This document shows positions 7,272 to 15,723 of a stretch of 64,000 nt of DNA, piece after piece (position 1 is the stretch's first letter; each line of letters begins with the position of its first letter). Below the pieces are notes generated by a model. That model was not told where the DNA came from. It did no database searches and saw only the letters and a program-made list of their open reading frames with translations. Both the position numbers and the translations under genes were made by a program. The DNA comes from Opitutaceae bacterium (GTDB lineage Bacteria; Verrucomicrobiota; Verrucomicrobiia; Opitutales; Opitutaceae): positions 6,633-70,632 of the forward strand of contig JBBAVH010000025.1 of the NCBI GenBank assembly GCA_040397825.1. The letters run 5' to 3'.

Positions 7272-10016
7272 TCAGGGTTGATGGATGCGGAGGCGGAGGG
7301 TGGCGTTGGCGCCGTCGTTCGTGGCGGGCAGGGCGGCGTTCGTGCCGAGCAGCCGCTCGATCGAATCCGACACGCCGTCAGCGTCGGCGTCGGCCGACGA
7401 GCTGCCGGTCACCTCGAGGCGGGCGGGAGTGCTGGTGGTCGATCCCGCGGCGTTGAAGGCGATCGCGTGGTACAGGCCGGCATGGTTCTCGGTGATGGGG
7501 CCGATCTTCAGGTTCGCGGCGGTTGCCCCCGTCAGACGCTGACCGTCCTTGAACCATTGATACGACGTCGCATCCCGGGCGCTGAGCGAGAAGGTGAACG
7601 AGGTTCCGGCCGTCGCTTGCTGGTACGCGGGGGTGGGATGCTGGAGGATCGTCGGCGGCAGGTTCTGACCCACCGCAAGGGCGTACGTGGCCTTGGCGTC
7701 GGTCAGGGCCGTCGAGGTCGCGCCGGAGTAAGCCAGTTCGACCCGGTAGCTTCCCGCTCCCCAGATCCAGGCTGGCAGCCAAACGTCGACATAGCCTCCC
7801 GCCGGAATGTTTCCGGCGTAGCCGGTCTGGGCTCCGGACGGGGTCAGGACCGCGTACCGGAAATCCCGGCAGTTGCCGGCCGGTGCAAGGGCCCACAGCC
7901 GAAGGACGATGTGGCTGTACTCCAATCGAAACGGTTCAAGCACGTGCCCCCGGTCGACCGCCTTCTCTGTCACGGCGGAGCCCGCCTCGGTTGCCGGCGG
8001 ACCGAAACGGCCGGTGGTGGTCTCCCAGCGTGAGCCGAACAGGCCGTCGGCGGCGATCTCCTCGCGCCATGTGAACTCGTTCCTCCAACCGGCGTCGACC
8101 CATTGGTAACCGTCGACGACCCAGGTTTCCTCGAAACCATCGGCATCCCAGTCCTCCCAGTGGCCGATCTCCTCCTCGTGGGCTTCGATCCAGACCTGCT
8201 CCTCGATGTAGGTCCCGTTCCCGGTCGGCCGGTTGGGATAGTCGCCCTGGCGCCAGTACTGGAGGGCGAGTCGGACGGGCGCGATGCTCGAGACGGAGAG
8301 CGTCGCCGCGGCGCTGGCCAAGCTGCCGGCGGCGTTCGAGATAACGACCGAATAGCCGGGAGCGGCGGCGGCATCGCCCTCCCTCACGCTGGCGAAGGTC
8401 AGCGTCGCCAGCGTTGCACCCGCGATCGGCACTCCGTTGCGGCGCCACTGATAGCCGAGCGGCTCGCTACCGGAGGCGGTGACCTCGAGCCGGATCGACT
8501 GTCCCGCGTACGCCGTCTGGCTCACCGGCTGTCGGGTGATCACCGGCGCCACCGGCAGCACGGACACGGTCGCGGTGGCGCTGGTCGCGATTCCCGCGGC
8601 GTTGGAAACACGCAGCGCGTAGCCGCCCGCCTGAGGGATCTGGACGTTCGGTAAGTGGAGGGCGGCGTTGGTGGCGCCGGGCAAGGCCGCGCCGTCGCGG
8701 AGCCATTGGTACGAGAAGGGCGGGCTTCCCCCCGCTTCCGCCTGCAAGACCACGTTTTGCCCCGCATTCACGGTCTGACCGACGGGCTGGGTCAGGATCA
8801 CCGGCGGGAGAATCCGCACCGTGAGGCCCGCGGTCGCGCTCGACGCGACGCCGCTGGGGTTGCGCACGGTGACGGAGTAGCCGCCCGCGTCGGCCGTCTG
8901 CGCGGCGGCGATCACGAGGCGCGAGTGCGTGGCCCCTGGCACCGGGGTCCCGTGGCGGGTCCATTGGTAGGAAAGCGGTGCGTCGCCCGAAGCGGTGACG
9001 CTGAAGCTGGCGGATTCACCCGCGTTGACCGTCAGGCCCGCCGGTTGTGCGACGATGATCGGTGGATTGCCGCGCACGGTCAGCTGGTAGGGTCCCGCGA
9101 TGTTGGACGGCAGGTAGGAGGCATCGCCCTGCCGGATCACCCAGAAGTAGTAGTCTCCCGCCGCATCGGGTACCCAGCTTGAGGCTGGGACGTTGGCCGG
9201 CGGCAGGAGCGTTCCCGGTTGGCTGCCGCCCCAATTGGTGCGTCCGGCCACGACCCATTGCCAAGGGCCGGTGCCGGCGCCGCCCGCGAGCGTGGGGGCG
9301 AACGGCATGCCGACCGCGCCCGTGGCGTTCTGCGAATAGACGGCCGGTTGGGCAGCGCGTACCGAGAAGCCCGCATTGGCCCCTCCGTTCCAGTCCCATC
9401 TTCCGGTTGCATCCGCGGCCCGCAGGTGGGCCTGGTACGTGCCGGTGGGGGAGTTGAGCGATACCGTCCAAGCGATTGAGGCCGTCGCGTCGGCCCGCGC
9501 ACCGACGTAGGCGCTGCCAGCGTGCACGTAGCCGCGCCAGAGCGGGTCGTTGGTGAAGAAGTGTAGCCACGCGAGGTCGCCATTGCCGTCCGAGGCCGCA
9601 CCGGTGAGGGTGGTGGCTTGGCCGGGTGAGGTCAGGGTGGCGTTGACCGAGCGCGCGTACGGCGGCTGCGCCGCGGCCTGGATGGTGATCGTGCCGCTCG
9701 TGAAGGGGCCGATCTGGCGGACCGTCGTCCAGTCGGCCGGGTCATAGAGGACCCAGTAGAGCTCCACCAGGTAGGTGCCTGGAGCGGGCACGCTCTCGAG
9801 TCGCGTCCAGTTGTTGTTGAAGAGGCTGGTGGCGTGGTGGGAGCCGCCGATCTTCACGCGCAGGCGGTACGGCGGCGGCAGGGCCTCGTCGGTCCACACG
9901 TGGGGCAGGTTGTCCGCGGCGAAGAGGTGGCTCGTCAGGTGGATCGCGGCACGGGTTTCAGCGGCGGCCAGCAGCGCGAGGAGCGCCGTGGCCATGGTCC
10001 GGAAAAGGGGATGCAT
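7272..10016 (-). CDS. Exported immunoglobulin (I-set-like) repeat protein with acidic Trp-rich insert and C-terminal DxDxDG motif
   Basis: Start reset to MHPLFRTMATALLALLAAAETRA (ATG 10016, 914 aa). Four Ig repeats of type PxIxxQP...SYQW...GxY...NxxG. Ends DADADGVSDSIERLLGTN...LRLRIHQP. Confidence 0.9.
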   Translation of the reverse strand: MHPLFRTMATALLALLAAAETRAAIHLTSHLFAADNLPHVWTDEALPPPYRLRVKIGGSHHATSLFNNNWTRLESVPAPGTYLVELYWVLYDPADWTTVRQIGPFTSGTITIQAAAQPPYARSVNATLTSPGQATTLTGAASDGNGDLAWLHFFTNDPLWRGYVHAGSAYVGARADATASIAWTVSLNSPTGTYQAHLRAADATGRWDWNGGANAGFSVRAAQPAVYSQNATGAVGMPFAPTLAGGAGTGPWQWVVAGRTNWGGSQPGTLLPPANVPASSWVPDAAGDYYFWVIRQGDASYLPSNIAGPYQLTVRGNPPIIVAQPAGLTVNAGESASFSVTASGDAPLSYQWTRHGTPVPGATHSRLVIAAAQTADAGGYSVTVRNPSGVASSATAGLTVRILPPVILTQPVGQTVNAGQNVVLQAEAGGSPPFSYQWLRDGAALPGATNAALHLPNVQIPQAGGYALRVSNAAGIATSATATVSVLPVAPVITRQPVSQTAYAGQSIRLEVTASGSEPLGYQWRRNGVPIAGATLATLTFASVREGDAAAAPGYSVVISNAAGSLASAAATLSVSSIAPVRLALQYWRQGDYPNRPTGNGTYIEEQVWIEAHEEEIGHWEDWDADGFEETWVVDGYQWVDAGWRNEFTWREEIAADGLFGSRWETTTGRFGPPATEAGSAVTEKAVDRGHVLEPFRLEYSHIVLRLWALAPAGNCRDFRYAVLTPSGAQTGYAGNIPAGGYVDVWLPAWIWGAGSYRVELAYSGATSTALTDAKATYALAVGQNLPPTILQHPTPAYQQATAGTSFTFSLSARDATSYQWFKDGQRLTGATAANLKIGPITENHAGLYHAIAFNAAGSTTSTPARLEVTGSSSADADADGVSDSIERLLGTNAALPATNDGANATLRLRIHQP

Positions 10017-10027
10017 GGCGGGGTCGG

Positions 10028-10603
10028 TCAGTCGATCCGGAGGGCCGCGCAGAGGCGGAGGGTTAGGGCGTCGTCGGCCCGCGCCGCCCGCAGCGCAGCG
10101 GCGACGTCGGGGACGCCGGCCTCGGTGCGCAGGCTGCGGCCGAAGTCGGCGCGGTTCACCGGGTGGTTGCGCACGGCGGGCGCCGCGGGCCGGGCGGGGT
10201 CGGACTCGACGACGCAGATCACCGCATCGGCGAACGCGCCCTCGGCGAGCAGGAAGCCGCACGCCTGCAGCATGGCCCGCTTGCGGTGCAGGACGCGGGC
10301 GGCCGGCTCCCGCGGCGCCGTCACGAGCATCAGCACCGGGGTTCCACGCAGGAAGGAGAGGGTGGGCTGGTACTCCGCGCCGCCCTCCCGTTCGCGCCAG
10401 GAGGCGTGAGCTGTGGCGGCCGCGGCGTGGCGCGGCAGGTCGGCAGTGGCCTCCACGGCCGCGGGCGCGGGCAGCGCGAACGCCGGCGCGGCGGCGGGCG
10501 GGTTGGCGACGAGGACCGCGGGAAACGCGAGCAGGGCGGCGAGGGTAGCCGCGAGGCGGCGCGCGGCGCGGCGGGCCGGTTGGCGGTGGGCGGGGGAGTT
10601 CAT
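10028..10603 (-). CDS. Exported hypothetical protein, first gene of the Rhs operon
   Basis: 191 aa. Arg-rich n-region then hydrophobic LAATLAALLAFPAVLVA, an Ala/Pro linker and a globular C-terminal half. 11-nt gap to the Ig gene. Confidence 0.65.
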   Translation of the reverse strand: MNSPAHRQPARRAARRLAATLAALLAFPAVLVANPPAAAPAFALPAPAAVEATADLPRHAAAATAHASWREREGGAEYQPTLSFLRGTPVLMLVTAPREPAARVLHRKRAMLQACGFLLAEGAFADAVICVVESDPARPAAPAVRNHPVNRADFGRSLRTEAGVPDVAAALRAARADDALTLRLCAALRID

Positions 10604-10707
10604 GCGACGCCCCCAGGCATCGGCGTTCCGCCGTCCCGCGTGAACGGCGCCGTCTCCCCGAAACTGGGGTGTGGCTCAGGCGACCCTGAGTATCAGACGA
10701 GAGGATA

Positions 10708-11127
10708 CTAGACGGCGGCTAGGTGCAGCGCGATCGCGGCCCGGGCGGTCCACGCGGCGGTGCGCAGCCGGTTCGTGCGCACGAGGCGGCGGTGGGCGTC
10801 GGCGTCGAAGCCCGCCTGAAGCTGCCGATGCAGTGGAACCTGTACCAGCGCGGTCGAGAGCCAGATCACCGCGAGCAGTCCCAGCCCCGTCCAGGCCGCC
10901 GCGCCGCCCCTCGCGGCGAGGGCCAGCGCGAGGAACAGCTCGGCCGACATCGCGGGGCCCACGATCCAGCCCGTGAGGCGGGCGTGCTCCCGCGCGTGTT
11001 CCGCAAATCCATCCGACCCGGCGCGTGCGAGGAGAGGATAATGCACCACCTGCACGAACCAGATCACGCCGGTCATGAACAACGTCGCGCCGGCGTGGGC
11101 CGACAACAGCAGGCGTTCGGGATCCAT
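10708..11127 (-). CDS. Small conserved integral membrane protein of unknown function
   Basis: 139 aa, about four hydrophobic helices, motif WFVQVVHYP. TTGACG lies exactly 35 nt upstream of the ATG. Confidence 0.75.
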   Translation of the reverse strand: MDPERLLLSAHAGATLFMTGVIWFVQVVHYPLLARAGSDGFAEHAREHARLTGWIVGPAMSAELFLALALAARGGAAAWTGLGLLAVIWLSTALVQVPLHRQLQAGFDADAHRRLVRTNRLRTAAWTARAAIALHLAAV

Positions 11128-11247
11128 GCGTCACCGGTCGGCGCACCCACCCGCGGCGTCAAGGCGGGTTCGGGCCGTCATGACCGGGCTTGCGCCGCGC
11201 CGCGGGACCCGCACTCGTTTACGGTTAATCTCCTCCTGACACCCACC

Positions 11248-13947
11248 ATGCGTCTCCTCCCCCGATTCCTCCTCGCCGCCGCGGTGCTGCCCGCGGCCGC
11301 CTTCGCCCAGACCCCGCCGGCCGCGGGTGCCGCCCCGACGCGGCTCGAAGCCTTCACCGTCACGGGCACCAACCTCCGCATCGGCGAGTCCGCCGGCGCC
11401 ATCAATCTCCGCGTGCTCACGCCCGCCGAGATCGAGTCGTCGGGTCAGAACAACCTGCCGGCCCTGCTCCGCAAGATCCCCGAGATCGGCGCCCAGGGCT
11501 TCGCGGAGAACCGCGTGAACACTTCCTCGCCCGGCTCGGCCGCGATCTCGCTGCGCGGGCTCGGCGTCAATTCCACCCTCGTGCTCCTCAACGGCCGCCG
11601 CGTCACCCTGGCTCCCTTCGGCCAGGGCGGCAGCGCCGCCGGCCTCGGCACCGAGCAGTTCGTCGACGTCAACATGATCCCCGTCGCCGCCATCGCGCGC
11701 ATCGAGGTGCTGAAGGACGGCGCTTCCGCCGTCTACGGCGCCGATGCCGTCGCGGGTGTGGTGAACATCATTCTCCGGAAGGACTTCACCGGCACGACGC
11801 TCTCCACGAGCTACGGCGACTTCACCGGCGGCATCAACGCCCCCACGCTCCGCGGTTCCCTCGCCACCGGCGCGAAGAGCGGCGCCACCTCGGTGTCGGT
11901 CATCGCCGATTGGTTCCGGCGCGATGAGTTCCTCTTCGGCCAGCTGCCCCAGCCCGTGAAGCGCCAGCTGCTCCTCGCGAGCAACACGCCGGGGTCGTTC
12001 GTCGTCCCCGCGGGCGCGACGGATCCGATCACCGGCCAGGTCATCCCCGCCACCGCGACCGCCGCCCAGCGCACGTTCACCAGCGACCGCGCCGCCGCCG
12101 GGCCCAACGCCACGTTCACCCGGCAGCTCCAGACGCAGAACACCTTCGACGCCAACGCCGCCATCCGGCCGCAGACCGAGGCCGAGCGCCTCGGCGTGGT
12201 CGTCAACGGCCGACACGAGCTTTCGCCCCGCCTCGCCGCCTTCGTCGAGCTCGGCTGGCAGCGCAACGAGAACATCGAGGGCCTTTCCCCCGCGCCGATC
12301 TCCAACCTCAACACGATCACGCTGCCCGCCAACAACCCCTTCAATCCGTTCGGGGTACCGCTCGTCTCGGGTTCCACGCAGACCATGTTCTTCCGCTTCC
12401 TCGAGCTGGGCGACCGCCTCACGACCACGACCAACGAGATGAGCCGCGTCGTCGGCGGCCTCGAGGGCAAGCTCGGCCGCGGCTGGACGTGGGACGCCGC
12501 CGTGACCTGGAACAAGGAGACCTCGCACCTCGACCTGCGGAACTTCCCCGGTCAGGCCAAGGTCAACGCGGCGTTGGCCGACACCAACCGCGCGACGGCG
12601 CTCAACCTCTTCGCCAACGGCACCACCATCCGCAACAACCCGGCCACGTTGGCGGGCCTCGAGGGCGGAGTGACGCGTGATGCCGCCACGGAGCTCACCG
12701 CGGCCGATGCGCGCGCCACCGGCGGCGTCTTCAGCCTCCCGGCCGGGGCGGTCTCGGTCGCCCTCGGGCTGCAGTGGCGCGAGGAGACCTTCCGCGACGA
12801 GCGCACGCAGGTGCAGCTGCTCAACCAGGGCGCGCCGGTCGCACCCGCCCGCGGCGACCGTCGCGTGAGCGCTGCCTACGTCGAGGCCTCGGTGCCGCTC
12901 GCCGCGCCGGCGCAGCGCATCGCGGGTTTCCATGCCCTTGAGCTCAATGCCGCCGGCCGCCTCGAGTCCTTCTCCGACGACGGCGTGGGCCGCGCCTCGG
13001 TGCCGCGGCTCGGCCTCCGCTGGCAGCCCGTCGCGGAGCAGCTCACGTTCCGCGCCTCGTGGGGCCGCGGCTTCCGCGCGCCGGCCCTCGCCGAGCTCTA
13101 CCTGCCGCAGACGGTCGCGATCTCGTTCAACATCCCCGATCCCCTGCGCTTCGGTAAGCCCGGCGCCACCGCCAACGACAGCGGCACCGGACAGCGCCAG
13201 ATCCGTTCGGGCGGCAATCCGCTGCTCGCGCCCGAGAAGTCCGAGTCGACCAACTTCGGCGTGCAGCTCACCCCGTCGTTCCTCAAGGGCCTCTCGCTCA
13301 GCGTCGACTTCTACTCCGTCGAGGTGACCAACCGCATCGGCCAGCCCGCGACGCCGGCCATCATGCTGGCGAATCCGCAGCTGTTCCCCGACGCGATCGT
13401 GCGCGCGACCCCGACCGCCGCCGACACCGCCAACGGCCTTCCCGGCGAGCTCCGCGAGATTCGTTCCGTGCTGGGCAATTACGGCAGCACGAAGGCCGAG
13501 GGCGTCGACTTCGCCGCCGAGTACCGCTTCGCCCCGGGCCGCTACGGCCGCTTCACCGCCCGGGCCGCCGCCACGCTCATCAACGGTCAGATCATCCGCA
13601 CGCGCCCCGACCTGCCGCAGGTCGAGACCGTCGGCCTTTACGAGATCCCGCGCTGGCGCGGTGACGCTTCCCTGCTCTGGAGCCACGGCAAGGCCAGCGC
13701 CGCCCTGAACGTGAACTACATCGGCGGCTTCCAGGACACCGCTCCCAGCCTGCTCTTCGTGAAGCAGCAGGTCACCACCGACGTGCAGGCCGGCTACGCG
13801 CTGCCGTGGGGGCTGCGCGCCACCGTCGGCGTCAACAACGTGTTCGACCGCCTGCCGCCCGGGACGAGCTTCTCGACCGGCTACGCGGAGCGCGTGAACA
13901 ACTTCCTCCCGCGCTGGGCCTACGTCTCGCTCACGAAGACGTTCTGA
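11248..13947 (+). CDS. TonB-dependent receptor
   Basis: Start reset to MRLLPRFLLAAAVLPAAAFAQ. TonB-box-like LEAFTVTG, plug motifs SLRGLG..STLVLLNGRR and RIEVLKDGASAVYGADAVAGVVNIILRK, beta-barrel ending in F. Confidence 0.95.
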   Translation: MRLLPRFLLAAAVLPAAAFAQTPPAAGAAPTRLEAFTVTGTNLRIGESAGAINLRVLTPAEIESSGQNNLPALLRKIPEIGAQGFAENRVNTSSPGSAAISLRGLGVNSTLVLLNGRRVTLAPFGQGGSAAGLGTEQFVDVNMIPVAAIARIEVLKDGASAVYGADAVAGVVNIILRKDFTGTTLSTSYGDFTGGINAPTLRGSLATGAKSGATSVSVIADWFRRDEFLFGQLPQPVKRQLLLASNTPGSFVVPAGATDPITGQVIPATATAAQRTFTSDRAAAGPNATFTRQLQTQNTFDANAAIRPQTEAERLGVVVNGRHELSPRLAAFVELGWQRNENIEGLSPAPISNLNTITLPANNPFNPFGVPLVSGSTQTMFFRFLELGDRLTTTTNEMSRVVGGLEGKLGRGWTWDAAVTWNKETSHLDLRNFPGQAKVNAALADTNRATALNLFANGTTIRNNPATLAGLEGGVTRDAATELTAADARATGGVFSLPAGAVSVALGLQWREETFRDERTQVQLLNQGAPVAPARGDRRVSAAYVEASVPLAAPAQRIAGFHALELNAAGRLESFSDDGVGRASVPRLGLRWQPVAEQLTFRASWGRGFRAPALAELYLPQTVAISFNIPDPLRFGKPGATANDSGTGQRQIRSGGNPLLAPEKSESTNFGVQLTPSFLKGLSLSVDFYSVEVTNRIGQPATPAIMLANPQLFPDAIVRATPTAADTANGLPGELREIRSVLGNYGSTKAEGVDFAAEYRFAPGRYGRFTARAAATLINGQIIRTRPDLPQVETVGLYEIPRWRGDASLLWSHGKASAALNVNYIGGFQDTAPSLLFVKQQVTTDVQAGYALPWGLRATVGVNNVFDRLPPGTSFSTGYAERVNNFLPRWAYVSLTKTF

Positions 13948-14152
13948 GGCGGCTTTCGTCCGATCGTCGCCCGGGATCGCGGAGGCCGAGAGCGGTCTCC
14001 GCCCCGCGGCGGCCATTCGCGGTTGCTTCCCGGTACGGGTCCTTCCTCCCGATCGGGATTGAATCGGCGGCGGGTGACGCGCGAGCTTCCTGCCGCCGCA
14101 TGCCCACGCCTTCGTTCCTTCCCCGTGCCGCCGTCCGCGCGGTACCCTTCCG

Positions 14153-14740
14153 ATGAGGATCAGTGGCGGGCGGGCCCGCGGGATCGAATTGCAGGTGCCG
14201 AAGGGTGACCGCGTGCGGCCGGCGACGGACGGCATGCGGCAGGCCGCCTTCTCCAGCTTGGCGGCCGTCGTGCCCGGGGCGTGGTTCCTCGATCTCTTCG
14301 CCGGGAGCGGGGCGTACGGGTTGGAGGCGTTCAGCCGCGGCGCCGCGGGCGGATGCTTCGTCGAACGGGACGCCCGTGCGGTCGCCTGCATCCGGCAAAA
14401 CATCGCCGCCGTCGTCCGCAGCACCGGTGCTGGCGCCGCGGCGGATCTGGCCGTGCGGCCCGGCGATGCGTTGGCGGCCGTGGGGGCTTGGTCGGGTCCG
14501 GTGCCGGACCTTGTCTTCATCGATCCTCCCTACGAGATCATCCCGGAGGTCGCGCCGGCTCTGTTCGAACGGCTGGGCGTGGTGCTCGCCCCGAAGCCCG
14601 GGGCGATCGTGTTGTTCGAGCATCCCGGGGAGCTGGAGCTGAACCCCGTCGGCTGGACCCGTCTGAAGCGCCTGGGCAAGGGCGCCCGCCAGCCCACGGT
14701 GGGCTTCTACCGGCGAGCGCCGGCCGGGGCGGAGGGTTAG
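14153..14740 (+). CDS. rsmD: 16S rRNA m2G966 methyltransferase RsmD
   Basis: MRISGG..RG, RPATDGMRQAAF, LDLFAGSG, FIDPPY motifs. Confidence 0.9.
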   Translation: MRISGGRARGIELQVPKGDRVRPATDGMRQAAFSSLAAVVPGAWFLDLFAGSGAYGLEAFSRGAAGGCFVERDARAVACIRQNIAAVVRSTGAGAAADLAVRPGDALAAVGAWSGPVPDLVFIDPPYEIIPEVAPALFERLGVVLAPKPGAIVLFEHPGELELNPVGWTRLKRLGKGARQPTVGFYRRAPAGAEG

Positions 14741-15537
14741 TTCTCGCCCTCGAGAAGCCGGAAGAGGATCGGTACCCGCATCCGCGTGTTGACCGGCCGG
14801 CCGTTCTTCTGGCCCGGGCGGAACTTCCAGCGACCCACGCCGGTGACGGCCGCCTCGTCGAAGCCGGGGTGCGAGCTCTCCATCACCGTCGCTCCGAGCA
14901 CGCGGCCCTCGGTGTCGACGACGAATTCCACGATGACGCGGCCCTCGATGGATTCCCGCTTGAGGTTGAACGGGAAGGTCGGCGCCACCTGCACGACGGG
15001 TTCCGGGTGGCGGTCGAGTTCCGCGATGCTGAAGATCGCTCCGATGCGAGACCGCAGCTCGAGGCCGCGGCGGATGTTATCAGGGATGACGGAGATCCGC
15101 GCGTCGCGCAGGTCGGGTTTCTCCAGCAGTGAGGAGAAATCGAGCACCTGCACGAAGTCGTCGGGGCGCGGGATGCCCGGCACGTCGGCCTGCGTGGGCA
15201 CGGGCAGGGCGAGGTCGGGCGCCGGTTCATCGCCGCGGTCGGGCACGGTCTCGGGCTCCTCCTCCAGCTCCTTCAGCAGCGGCGGAGCGAGCATGACGGC
15301 GACGGATTCCTCCGCCCGGCTGGCCGTGGCGGCCGGGGCTTGGCGGCGCACCCCGAACACGAGGGCGAGGTGCAGGGACGCGGAGAGCGCGGCGGCGAGG
15401 GCCAGGCTCGCGCGGGTCCTGCCCCCGCGCGGGTAGCGCAGGCTGCCGGAGTCGGCGCGCGGCGTGCCGCGGACGACGGGTGGCGGGGCGGCGGCCGCGA
15501 TCATGGTTCCGGCGGGGAGTGGGAATCCTTGGGCCAT
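14737..15537 (-). CDS. tonB: Energy transducer TonB family protein
   Basis: One N-terminal TM helix (SLHLALVFG), Pro/Glu-rich linker and TonB_C domain (EGRVIVEFVVDTEGRV...RWKFRPG). Start supported by GTGCGC-N17-TAGGCT-N6-ATG. Confidence 0.9.
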   Translation of the reverse strand: MAQGFPLPAGTMIAAAAPPPVVRGTPRADSGSLRYPRGGRTRASLALAAALSASLHLALVFGVRRQAPAATASRAEESVAVMLAPPLLKELEEEPETVPDRGDEPAPDLALPVPTQADVPGIPRPDDFVQVLDFSSLLEKPDLRDARISVIPDNIRRGLELRSRIGAIFSIAELDRHPEPVVQVAPTFPFNLKRESIEGRVIVEFVVDTEGRVLGATVMESSHPGFDEAAVTGVGRWKFRPGQKNGRPVNTRMRVPILFRLLEGEN

Positions 15538-15723
15538 GCCCCCAGCCTACGCCGATCGCCGCGTTTGCGCACCGCAGGGCTTGGTCCGGTGTGCGCATGC
15601 CTTGTCGGCCTTCGCGCACGATGCGGGGTGCAAGAAATGCACAGCTCTTCACATGGCGCGCGCACCATCGGCGCTTCCGCGGCCGAAGGCCGGGACCCAG
15701 CATCGGCCCGTCACCTCACGCCC

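Noticed and set aside
10017-10262. Arg-rich extension of the Ig protein ORF
   Set aside because: Off-frame overlap with the 191-aa gene; the signal peptide starts at 10016.
11128-11247. Possible cobalamin or TPP riboswitch before the TonB receptor
   Set aside because: Only 120 nt shared with a divergent promoter, and no conserved riboswitch boxes seen.
11131-14520. 1129-aa minus-strand ORF
   Set aside because: Antisense to the TonB-dependent receptor, which has clear family motifs.
15625-15650. Sigma54-like TGCA...TTGCA motif (also near 42795)
   Set aside because: It lacks the GG-N10-GC spacing required for -24/-12 promoters.
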